Source of the DNA: Candidatus Heimdallarchaeota archaeon
GTDB taxonomy: Archaea > Asgardarchaeota > Heimdallarchaeia > JABLTI01
DNA: 64,000 nucleotides
Assembly: GCA_018238155.1 (NCBI GenBank)
Contig: JABCTZ010000001.1
Coordinates: forward strand, 51,691 to 115,690
Direction of reading: 5' to 3'
Under the pieces are notes generated by a model. That model was given only the letters and a program-made list of their open reading frames with translations. It was not told the origin of the DNA and searched no databases. Of this stretch, positions 11,067 to 20,126 are shown one piece after another. Position 1 is the stretch's first letter, and every line of letters begins with the position of its first letter. The position numbers were made by a program, and so were the translations under genes.

Positions 11067-11711
11067 GTGATAATTATGAAAGAGATTATCTTAGCCTCTG
11101 CATCACCAAGGCGTCATGAATTGCTTACTCTAATTGGAATTCCTCATATTGTTATTCCTTGTAAAGAAGAAGAAGGTCAAGTAACAAATAATGCTTCAAA
11201 ATCTTCTGCTTCAGAAAAAAAACAAGAAACAATAGAAGAAAGCATCTTACAAGTAGCATGTCAAAAAGCACTATGTGTTGCGAAAACATTATCTCCTGCA
11301 AAAAAGAAATCTGCTTTAATTTTGGGTGCAGATACTATTGTAGTACTAAATGATGAGATTATTGGAAAACCTTCTTCCCTTGAAGATGCTTTTGAAATGC
11401 TCAAGAGATTAACTGGGAATGTTCATGAAGTTTATACTGGTTTATGTTTGTATGACCTTGAGGTTGATCGATTATATTCTGGAGTTGAGAAAACTTTAGT
11501 GAGTATGATTTCTTGTTCTGATAGTAGAATTCAAGCGTATATTGCATCTGAGCATATTTTGGACAAAGCAGGCGCATATGCTGTTCAAGGAATTGGTGCA
11601 GCGCTAATTGATCATATAGATGGTTGTTTCTATAATGTAATGGGACTACCTCTTAGCAGATTAACCAATATTTTGGATGAGATTGGATATCCTTTTCTCA
11701 AAACTAAATAG
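11067..11711 (+). CDS. maf: Maf/YhdE nucleoside triphosphate pyrophosphatase
   Basis: ILASASPRR, GADTIV, GKP, DKAGAY and NVMGLP motifs. Confidence 0.93.
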   Translation: MIIMKEIILASASPRRHELLTLIGIPHIVIPCKEEEGQVTNNASKSSASEKKQETIEESILQVACQKALCVAKTLSPAKKKSALILGADTIVVLNDEIIGKPSSLEDAFEMLKRLTGNVHEVYTGLCLYDLEVDRLYSGVEKTLVSMISCSDSRIQAYIASEHILDKAGAYAVQGIGAALIDHIDGCFYNVMGLPLSRLTNILDEIGYPFLKTK

Positions 11712-11854
11712 TGATATCTCAAACCATTGTTTCGAATAGAAGGATTTTTTATTTGAAAAATTGAGATTGGAGAGAAACAAAGCTAAAAGAAAACTTTTTA
11801 ATATCAAAGTAAAACCAAAATAAAGCAGAATAAGAAAACACTTGAGGTCTACTA

Positions 11855-13378
11855 TTGAATTCAAAGAAACTCTCAGCAGTATTCATAATACTTGCAATGG
11901 TATTTGTAACGTCAGTTCAATTTATCTCACCAACTGAGACAAAAGCATCAGTTATTGAAGATTCTATTATTTTAACCCCTCGAAGCTCTGATGTGGTAAT
12001 AACCAAAAAGATTGTTGCATCTAATGGAAGCTTGCTTGAATTCTATAATACTTATTCAGAGGAGACTTTCTCCGTCATTGTTGAAGTTACAAACACAGCA
12101 AGTGAAGTTCTTCATAATGCTAGCATGACTTCACCTGAAATTAACGTCACAGATATGAGAGAAATCATCAGTCAATCTGTCTATGAAGAAGAATGGTTTA
12201 AAATTTTAGGTAATGGTTCACAATTCTTTGGTGATATTAATCCCGGTCAATCCAAGAGTGTTTCTTATACAATTGGATTCGAAGAGGAATATTACGATAC
12301 GGTTATTCAAAAAGAATTCTTTACTTTTAGTGCTACAAATATGACTTTCAACTGGGGCAATAGCACAGAAGATGTTAGTTACTCAAATGAAATCGATTTT
12401 AGAGTATTCGAAGTTGCTCCAACAGTTAGGGTTGAAAAATTCTTTGTTGTTAATGGTGCGAATACCTTAGACGGTAGACAAGCTTTTATCTTACAAGAAG
12501 AAGTAGTCAATGTAACAGTAAGAATAGTAATCAAAAATTTCATTCCATACGATATTAACCTTACATGTAATGATACCGACCCCAGTCCCAATTTTACTTT
12601 TGATGATTCATCAATTTTGGAATTTAATACTTCTTTATTACTTCCCAATCAAGAATTCTCATATTCCTATGAAATAACCCCAGTAGAGAATGGTACATTT
12701 ACACTTGATCCTTGTGAAATATCAGTCACATATTTGAATAATGGAACTGTCAAAGAATTCACTTCCAATAGCCCAAAAATAGAGTTATATATGCCAATAT
12801 ATGACGGAGATGATTGGACTCTGAAAATGCCTTTGATAAGTGTTGAAAAATACTTTGTGATTTTTGAAGAGAATTTAGATGGTGATCTTGTAGAAAAATA
12901 CTACAAAAAGTTGGAAGTATTCAACACTACAGAAGAACCTATTAAAATAATGATTAACGTAACAAATACAGGTTCAGTTGTTGCTTATAATATCACAATA
13001 GAGGAGACACAATTTAATGATTGGGTATTCGAAACTGATTTCTTAGAAATATGGACAATCAAAGAGTTAGCCCAAGGTCAAAATCTGACCCGGTTTTATA
13101 CTGTTACTCCTATCATTCTAGGAAGCTTCAAATTTGAACCCACAAAAGTTACTTTCTCCTATAAAAATCAATTAACTCTTGTCCATGTAATGGATCAAAC
13201 AATTTATTCATGTATCATTGAACTTACAATTTCGTTTGATGTCCCTGAGGTTGATTTATCCACACAATGGTGGATTGCTATTGGTATTAGCATTGGAGTA
13301 GTAGTCTTTACTGTTATTCCATTGGTAATTGCTTTTGTTACTTTCAAGGGACGAAGAAAAACACAGAAAGGAATGTAA
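11855..13378 (+). CDS. Secreted, C-terminally anchored protein with three TRAP-beta/BatD-like Ig domains
   Basis: Signal peptide; three repeats of (V)xK...(V/I)xN...I/L.PGQ...Y.(V/I)TP...G.F...P...Y; many NxS/T sequons; C-terminal TM with basic tail. Confidence 0.65.
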   Translation: MNSKKLSAVFIILAMVFVTSVQFISPTETKASVIEDSIILTPRSSDVVITKKIVASNGSLLEFYNTYSEETFSVIVEVTNTASEVLHNASMTSPEINVTDMREIISQSVYEEEWFKILGNGSQFFGDINPGQSKSVSYTIGFEEEYYDTVIQKEFFTFSATNMTFNWGNSTEDVSYSNEIDFRVFEVAPTVRVEKFFVVNGANTLDGRQAFILQEEVVNVTVRIVIKNFIPYDINLTCNDTDPSPNFTFDDSSILEFNTSLLLPNQEFSYSYEITPVENGTFTLDPCEISVTYLNNGTVKEFTSNSPKIELYMPIYDGDDWTLKMPLISVEKYFVIFEENLDGDLVEKYYKKLEVFNTTEEPIKIMINVTNTGSVVAYNITIEETQFNDWVFETDFLEIWTIKELAQGQNLTRFYTVTPIILGSFKFEPTKVTFSYKNQLTLVHVMDQTIYSCIIELTISFDVPEVDLSTQWWIAIGISIGVVVFTVIPLVIAFVTFKGRRKTQKGM

Positions 13379-13518
13379 TCTTTTCCTTTTTCTTCTATTT
13401 CATTTTTCAGTCTCTTTTAGACTTTTTTTGGTCTGTTTTTTGCAAACATTAATTAAAGAATTTAGAGTTTAATAATTCAATAATATATAAAACAGTAAAC
13501 TTGAAAGTGTTGGATAGA

Positions 13519-13776
13519 ATGGTAAAAGAAAGACGTTTAAGAATTTTACATGATGAAACTGCTAAAGAAGACGAGCTTGTAATTCATACCAAGCTGAAAG
13601 AAGATTTAGATATTAAAACTAAAGTAGAAATTGTTGTTGCAAAAAGAAGATTTATTTTCAAAGTTCGGACTAAAACTACTGTAGAAGAAGATAAAATCTA
13701 TGGTAACCCAGAGGACTTGCTCATTAAAGGAATTCAAGATAATTCTATAGCAACAATAAGAGCACCTATTGAATAA
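13519..13776 (+). CDS. Small stand-alone double-psi beta-barrel-like protein (CDC48/VAT N-domain-like)
   Basis: Two half-repeats (LRIL..ETAKEDELVIH..L..DL.I / FKVR....VEEDKIYGNPEDL...GIQDNSIATIR); start uncertain (13501 TTG or 13519 ATG). Confidence 0.5.
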   Translation: MVKERRLRILHDETAKEDELVIHTKLKEDLDIKTKVEIVVAKRRFIFKVRTKTTVEEDKIYGNPEDLLIKGIQDNSIATIRAPIE

Positions 13777-13840
13777 AATATCAAACAAAAAAAATTGTTC
13801 ACTATGATTCACGGATCATAGCTAACAGTTATTTTATCTT

Positions 13841-14893
13841 TTATTTAAATAAAACTTTACTAAGTAGTTTTAGTTGTTCAATACCACGGATTTCTTGTGG
13901 AACCATGGGAATTTCAGTTTGAATAAATTCACCGAAATATTGTTTCATTGTTAACATTGTTTTTTCTTGAATTTCGAATCTCTTTGCACAGAATTGGCAA
14001 TCTTTACTTGGTGGTATTAATTGATTTACAATGATGTGTTCTACAGGTATACCATATTCCTTTAATGAAGTGATTAATCTTTCAGTCTCATATAATGCCA
14101 TCATAGTAGGTATTGTTACAGGAATGAATTCTGTTTTCGTTTCATCTGCAAGCTGTATTCTTGCTTTTGTAATTGTTTTCTTGAGCGTTTCCATTACTTC
14201 AAGAGAATTATCCTCAACGTCTTCTCCACCTCCTCCACCTGAAAAGAGGTTTCGCATTCCTTTGAAAAGATTACCAAAACGCATTCTCATTTTGAGCATT
14301 CTGCCAATAAAGCTATCAAGATAATCTGGAAGAGAGAGGAATCTAAGAGTATGACCCGTTGGTGCGGTGTCAAAAACAACTAAATCATATTCATTTGATT
14401 CTATTAATTCAAGTAATTTGCTAAAAGCAAATGCTTCATCTGAACCGGGAGGGATAGAATCTTCACCTAACAAATCAGCACCTAGTCCCTCTAAACCTGG
14501 TGGCATTTGTGGTGCTCCTGTTGTTCCTTCTGTAGTATTTGATGTTGTCCCAAAACCCGGCATACCCATTCCTTGGGCACCTGGCATTCCCATTGAGCTC
14601 AACTGTTTAAAACTCTCCATGCCCTTCTCTGCATCTAGTTCCAATCCAAAGAGATTTCCATCAACATTTTCAATTTTGACAGATTCGCCCCCTGATAAAT
14701 CCTGATCAAAACAGTCAGAGAGTGAATGTGCTGGATCTGTACTTACAACAAGTACTTTATCAAAATGTTTTGCTAATTCTATACTAATAGCTGAAGCAGC
14801 TATTGTTTTACCCACACCACCCTTTCCTCCAAGGAAGAGATACGTTAAATCCTTTTTTTCTAGCAATGATTGTAAAGTCATTTGAACCAACAC
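13841..14893 (-). CDS. Get3/TRC40-like (ArsA family) ATPase
   Basis: GGKGGVGKT, STDPAHSL, DTAPTGHTLR and NQ motifs; C-terminal CQFC; Met-rich insert; single domain. Confidence 0.9.
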   Translation of the reverse strand: MLVQMTLQSLLEKKDLTYLFLGGKGGVGKTIAASAISIELAKHFDKVLVVSTDPAHSLSDCFDQDLSGGESVKIENVDGNLFGLELDAEKGMESFKQLSSMGMPGAQGMGMPGFGTTSNTTEGTTGAPQMPPGLEGLGADLLGEDSIPPGSDEAFAFSKLLELIESNEYDLVVFDTAPTGHTLRFLSLPDYLDSFIGRMLKMRMRFGNLFKGMRNLFSGGGGGEDVEDNSLEVMETLKKTITKARIQLADETKTEFIPVTIPTMMALYETERLITSLKEYGIPVEHIIVNQLIPPSKDCQFCAKRFEIQEKTMLTMKQYFGEFIQTEIPMVPQEIRGIEQLKLLSKVLFK

Positions 14894-15180
14894 ATATTGT
14901 ATTAATTATGTTTGATGTTTTTTTAAGCTCCTTTTAAAACTTCTAATAGCTTTTTTTTTAATAATCAACAATTTTCTAACAGCCATTTAATTTCAAATAA
15001 CAACTTCTGAAATGAAATTTTGACTGACTTATATTTTTTTTTACATTTGATTTTAATGATTTTCAAAATGAAATTATTAGTTTTTAATATTACACTTTTG
15101 TTTCATATGAAAAATACTATGATACTCAATAGATTTGAATATAATAGAAGGTAAAGTATTTTTAAGGCATACTCAAAATA

Positions 15181-15300
15181 AATTCGACAAAAATTCAATT
15201 TCGAATAACTTTTATAAGTATAATAAATACTAGAAAGTTAGTAATCAGTTTTTCTGATTATTAGAAATTTATAGGAAAAATGAGGGAAAATGAGGAAAAA
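15181..15300 (+). repeat. Conserved promoter/leader of cassette copy 1 (colinear with 38441-38560)
   Basis: Ungapped match at offset 23260; 15239-15300 is nearly identical to 38499-38560; TATA-like TTTATAAG at 15211; inverted repeat TAATCAG-TTTTT-CTGATTA at 15242-15260. Confidence 0.9.
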
Positions 15301-15832
15301 TAAGAAAATATTATTGTTAAGTACTTTAATTTTGACTATGTTAGCAGTAACATTAGTTGCTCAAACAAATAGTGCATATTCACCTGTTCGCCCATTACGC
15401 AAAGTGCGAGTTTTCATAACACAAGTAAATTGTATAGGTCTACCTCAAGGGGGATGGTTCTCTCTTACTTTGTATCCTACATATCTTCGGCCATTTGGAG
15501 GTTATGGTGATGAATTTACATCAAATTCCAACTGTGGGGATATGTCAGGAGGTAGTTTTCTCTACCCTCCCGGAATTAGTTCTGGAACCCATGTCTATTA
15601 CAATAACTTGTATTGTGATTGGTCTCTTTGTATGGACTTTACTCAAAATGCAATATATTGCAGTGGTGAAATTAAAATAAAATATAAATTAAGACAGCAC
15701 AAATTATGGGGTCGTACTGAATATATTACAATATTATACAATACTTATTCTTATGATACAGAATATATAACCACTCTGCACTACGGAATGGGTGTTGTAA
15801 AAGTATATATCACATTTCAGCTTCTAAGCTGA
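15290..15832 (+). CDS. Secreted hypothetical protein, cassette copy 1
   Basis: Basic plus hydrophobic signal peptide; paralogous to 38550-39098. Confidence 0.8.
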   Translation: MRKNKKILLLSTLILTMLAVTLVAQTNSAYSPVRPLRKVRVFITQVNCIGLPQGGWFSLTLYPTYLRPFGGYGDEFTSNSNCGDMSGGSFLYPPGISSGTHVYYNNLYCDWSLCMDFTQNAIYCSGEIKIKYKLRQHKLWGRTEYITILYNTYSYDTEYITTLHYGMGVVKVYITFQLLS

Positions 15833-15846
15833 AAAGCTTTTTTTTT
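15815..15846 (+). terminator. Hairpin plus T-tract after the secreted-protein gene (copy 1)
   Basis: TTTCAGCT-TCTA-AGCTGAAA followed by AGC and T9. Confidence 0.65.
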
Positions 15847-15879
15847 AAAAAATGTTGAGTGCAAATGAAAGTGAGAGAT

Positions 15880-18621
15880 ATGAAAACCATGTTATACCAT
15901 CTATTTGCAAAACGAAAAGTACTATTGAAGACTATTATAATCATTGGATTACTATCTCTGATTATTCTGACTTTTCTGTTTCCTGCACAGATTGCCACAC
16001 CACACATTATCAGAAAGCATTTCAATTGGGGGGGTAATCCAATTATAATTGGTGAGGATCTACAAAATAGTGGTCTTAATAATCCGGATTTTATGTATCA
16101 TTTTAAAGTCAACAATATCGCTTTTATAACTGAAATTAATCAAATTTGCAAAGAAGCATCGCTTAAGATATATGACTTATATCAACCTTCTTCCATTGGT
16201 TGTTTTAGTATTGAGCATGTAATTATTACAAATCAAACACTTGAAGATTGGACTGTTTTTGGGATTAATACAGAATTATATACCGAGTTGGTGAGCACAT
16301 TAAATTCAAGTTTTGATAATGTACCTATTTTAGTAACTAATCATAGTATAACAACTGGTTTGTATGAGTTCAATTCTAGTAAAATTGGTAATTTTAGTAT
16401 AACAATTAATCATAATATTCAAACTTTGGATCTACAAGAAAAATTACCATCATTTAATAGTTACATCAATGAATTGAATAAATATAGTGATAATCCAATA
16501 AACAAATCACGAATGATTTTTATTCCACATGAAAGTTTTCAAACAATATTTAAAATTGATATTTTTCTCATCAAGGGTTACATTGAATTCACAACTTATC
16601 AAGAGGATATTCTATATTGGTCTTTAGATGCACCCAGAAAGCTAAGGTTATTCAAAGAAAGCTTATGTCAAGAGTTTCACGCAAAAGAACAATCAATAAA
16701 TTATTTATTACTTTATCAATCTATAATCTATAAAGAGGGATTAGTAGAGAGTAATGTTCTCATTGTAAATATTATTTATTCATTTATTCATGCAATTCAA
16801 TTAATTATCTGGGGATTATCTGGAGCATTGATTTTCTTGATTTTAATAAAAATGCAACAAAATAATAAAGACAAAGAATTTCAGATGCTATTAGCAGGAA
16901 AGAATTTTCTTACGAGAATATCTACAATTGTTTTAGAAAACATTCTTATTGTCACTGGTGTTTCGGTTATTGCTTATGGTTTACTATTGCCTTTTATTAA
17001 ACTGCAAGCACTTATCTTTAATTTTCCATTTGATTTCTATAATGAAAATATTAAATTTGCTCTCATTTTCTTTCCAATAGCATTATTCTTTAGTTTGTTG
17101 ATTATTTATCTTGACTTTGAATTGCATTTACGAAAGTCACTTAAAAATGGACAAATCGATAGTGAAACCTATCAACCTTTTGCTAAGATTCCAAAGTATA
17201 TTCGTTACCAGATTTTTTTGGTCTTTGTTTTCTTATTATGGTTATTAAATCGCTCATTGCAACCATTTCTATACCAAATAGGATTTTTATTCCTTTTAGG
17301 AATAATTAGTGTTCTTTTATTTTTAGTAATTAAGGGTTGCATGTGGGTTATCATAAGAGTAGTAAAGAAAATTAAACGCAAATATGACAAACCATTATCT
17401 AACTTTGTACTTCTTCTTGAGATGTGGAAAAAACCAATTAATACAAGATTTGTTCTTAGTAGCTTTATTGGAACAATGATCATTGGTCTCTGCATATTTA
17501 GCATTGCTAATGCTGAGGTACAGAAAACAACAATGTTTTTCAATAATGATTTTTGTGCTATAAAAACAACAGTTAGTCTTCCAAATAATGATACAACATC
17601 TATCGAAGTTTTTCTACAGAATAATTCATTATTAAATGAACACTATACAAAATTAGTTTTTGCTCAGCACAATCCATGGGATAATATTTCATTTGTACAC
17701 AACAATCAATCAATTGTTGAGTTACCCAAGAACTTTTGCTTATTATATGGTATTAATATTACTGATTATCAGGCATTCTATTCCTCTTGGCGAACAGATA
17801 ATTGGTTGCAAAATAGCATACAACCAGAAAAATTGAACTGTTCAAATGCCTTTGTTAGTAAGAGTTTCGCACAGCTAGGTTATGAACTAGGTGATTCAAT
17901 AACTTTAGTCAATAATCAAAATGTATCCATTGCTGGTTTCCTTGATCAGTGGATAGGTATTGTTAGTACTGGTAATTATGTTTTAGTTCTTGAAAGTCAA
18001 ATAATGGAAAAATTACTATTAGATTCTAATACTTCATCTATAGAATATCAGTTTAGATTCAATAGTGAAGAAAAAAATATTGAACATTCGGTTGAATATC
18101 TTCTTAATCATTTAAGTGACATTGATGTGCCTTTTGCTATTTCATATGTACCTCCTGATATGATAGAGGGAATAGAATTAGTATTTATCATGCCCATAAT
18201 GATGACTCTTGAGTCTTTAGTTATCTTTTTTATAGCAGTTAGTATTTTTAACAATTTGACTGATATTCACTCCAGTGATGAAGCACGAACACTTGGTATT
18301 CTTTTTATGAACACAGATTTTAAAAAAACCTTGTTTCGCGTGAAACTTTTCGAAATGTTACTTTCGATAACACTTATTGCAGTTATTGTGAGTAGTATAC
18401 TTGTTGTTTTTTCAATAATACTTGATAGTAATTTTACTTCTAACAATGTACCGAATTTTATTGAGATAATAAAAGCAGGATTAGGATTTTCAAAAAATAT
18501 TGTTTTTTACTCGATAATTATTTTGCTATTTTATCTTTTAATAGTTGTCGTACAAAATGTTTTTGATTATTTGAAGTTTAATAAATTGAAAATCCATTTA
18601 TTATTCCGTCATATTGAATGA
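15880..18621 (+). CDS. Large FtsX/MacB-like ABC permease (two halves), cassette copy 1
   Basis: TM, large extracellular domain, TM block, repeated twice; LGYELGDSITL...IAGF motif; adjacent to ABC ATPases; start uncertain (15859-15889). Confidence 0.7.
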   Translation: MKTMLYHLFAKRKVLLKTIIIIGLLSLIILTFLFPAQIATPHIIRKHFNWGGNPIIIGEDLQNSGLNNPDFMYHFKVNNIAFITEINQICKEASLKIYDLYQPSSIGCFSIEHVIITNQTLEDWTVFGINTELYTELVSTLNSSFDNVPILVTNHSITTGLYEFNSSKIGNFSITINHNIQTLDLQEKLPSFNSYINELNKYSDNPINKSRMIFIPHESFQTIFKIDIFLIKGYIEFTTYQEDILYWSLDAPRKLRLFKESLCQEFHAKEQSINYLLLYQSIIYKEGLVESNVLIVNIIYSFIHAIQLIIWGLSGALIFLILIKMQQNNKDKEFQMLLAGKNFLTRISTIVLENILIVTGVSVIAYGLLLPFIKLQALIFNFPFDFYNENIKFALIFFPIALFFSLLIIYLDFELHLRKSLKNGQIDSETYQPFAKIPKYIRYQIFLVFVFLLWLLNRSLQPFLYQIGFLFLLGIISVLLFLVIKGCMWVIIRVVKKIKRKYDKPLSNFVLLLEMWKKPINTRFVLSSFIGTMIIGLCIFSIANAEVQKTTMFFNNDFCAIKTTVSLPNNDTTSIEVFLQNNSLLNEHYTKLVFAQHNPWDNISFVHNNQSIVELPKNFCLLYGINITDYQAFYSSWRTDNWLQNSIQPEKLNCSNAFVSKSFAQLGYELGDSITLVNNQNVSIAGFLDQWIGIVSTGNYVLVLESQIMEKLLLDSNTSSIEYQFRFNSEEKNIEHSVEYLLNHLSDIDVPFAISYVPPDMIEGIELVFIMPIMMTLESLVIFFIAVSIFNNLTDIHSSDEARTLGILFMNTDFKKTLFRVKLFEMLLSITLIAVIVSSILVVFSIILDSNFTSNNVPNFIEIIKAGLGFSKNIVFYSIIILLFYLLIVVVQNVFDYLKFNKLKIHLLFRHIE

Positions 18622-18642
18622 ATTATGGAGAGAAAGTGAAAA

Positions 18643-19338
18643 ATGGTTTCAGAAACAAAATTACAAGCAAATGAACTTACAAAAATATTTGCTCATCCAT
18701 CCAAGAAAAAAACAAATATACCTCTCTTTGCCGGAACGTCATTTGTGATGACAGCTGACAAAATTAATTTTGTTATCGGTCCATCTGGTTCAGGAAAAAC
18801 CACTCTCATCAAAATTCTAATGAGTATTGAACCTATAAATGCTGGAGAGATTTTCTTGAATGAACAGACCATTCATTCTCTAACAATGAAAGAACGAAAT
18901 AGCTATTTACAAAAGATAGGATATATGAATCAATTTCCTGCTAAATATCTCTCTTTAGATTCTACCGTTTGGTTTAATCTCGCTCAAGCTTTTTTCCTTC
19001 ATTCCAAATTATCCAGAGAGGAATTAAAAAAACTCATTCAATCAACTGCTTCATTGTTCAGTATTGAACACTTGCTTGAACAAAGAACCAATTTCCTTTC
19101 AGGTGGAGAGCTTCGTCGACTCAGCATTGCTTGCAGTACTATTTTTCAACCTAAGATACTTTTTTGTGATGAACCAACAGCACAATTGGATGAAGAGAAT
19201 AAGAAAGCTGTTATGCAAACAATCCTAGATTTGCAGAAAAAGACTAACTGTTTGATTCTTATCTCAACACATGATCAATCCATTATAGATGTTGGCAATG
19301 TTTTCGAAATAAAAGATAGGAGGATAATAAAATGGTAA
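18643..19338 (+). CDS. ABC transporter ATP-binding protein (LolD/FtsE-like), copy 1a
   Basis: GPSGSGKT, LSGGE, CDEPT, STHD. Confidence 0.93.
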   Translation: MVSETKLQANELTKIFAHPSKKKTNIPLFAGTSFVMTADKINFVIGPSGSGKTTLIKILMSIEPINAGEIFLNEQTIHSLTMKERNSYLQKIGYMNQFPAKYLSLDSTVWFNLAQAFFLHSKLSREELKKLIQSTASLFSIEHLLEQRTNFLSGGELRRLSIACSTIFQPKILFCDEPTAQLDEENKKAVMQTILDLQKKTNCLILISTHDQSIIDVGNVFEIKDRRIIKW

Positions 19339-20018
19339 TTGAACTAAAAGAAATTCACTATAGCTTTACAAGAAAAATGAAGAATCAAGTAATTATCAAA
19401 GAAATTCTCCAAGGATTGAATCTTTCTGTCACTAAGGCTGAGTTCATTTTAATCACAGGTCCATCGGGTTCAGGGAAAACAACATTGTTACAAATCATTG
19501 CTACAATGCTACATCAAAAAACTGGCGAACGAATACTTTTTGGAAAAAATCACTCTGATGAACAATCCACACAAGATTTGATTCCAACAAGAAGAAAAAT
19601 TGGTTATCTTTTTCAACAACCCTACCTTCCTCCTAAAATGAAAATCAAGGATTTCATTGCTTTACAAGCTATGCTCTCTGGAATTGGCATTAAATCTGCT
19701 GAAGAAAGAGCAAAATCACTTTTAACAGAATTCGATATGATGAATTTTGCTAACAATTATCCTCAGAAATTAAGTGGAGGAGAAAAACAACGCATTGCTC
19801 TTGCAGGTGTTTTAGCTAAAGATATTCAACTTCTCTTATTAGATGAACCTACTGGTTCTCTTGATTCTACAAACAAATCAATTATCTGGGAAGCAATAAC
19901 TGATTTAAAAGAAAAAGGTCTTACTATTATTGCTGTCACTCATGACGTCTCAATAACTTCTCTTTCAGATAAAACTTATGAATTGAATTATGGTATTTTA
20001 ACTAGAAAAGGAAAATAA
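19332..20018 (+). CDS. ABC transporter ATP-binding protein (LolD-like), copy 1b
   Basis: GPSGSGKT, LSGGEKQR, LLLDEPTGSLD, VTHD; overlaps the previous gene. Confidence 0.93.
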   Translation: MVIELKEIHYSFTRKMKNQVIIKEILQGLNLSVTKAEFILITGPSGSGKTTLLQIIATMLHQKTGERILFGKNHSDEQSTQDLIPTRRKIGYLFQQPYLPPKMKIKDFIALQAMLSGIGIKSAEERAKSLLTEFDMMNFANNYPQKLSGGEKQRIALAGVLAKDIQLLLLDEPTGSLDSTNKSIIWEAITDLKEKGLTIIAVTHDVSITSLSDKTYELNYGILTRKGK

Positions 20019-20126
20019 TTCTTCAAATTTCAGAATGAAATGATTATCAATAGCCAATTTAGTATTTCATAGGAAAATACTTAATCTATCAAGTAAGCAC
20101 CTACTAATCTCATTGGTGAATATGAA

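Noticed and set aside
13841-14893. Arsenic-resistance ArsA
   Set aside because: Single domain with Get3-type features, and no arsB/acr3/arsD/arsR nearby.
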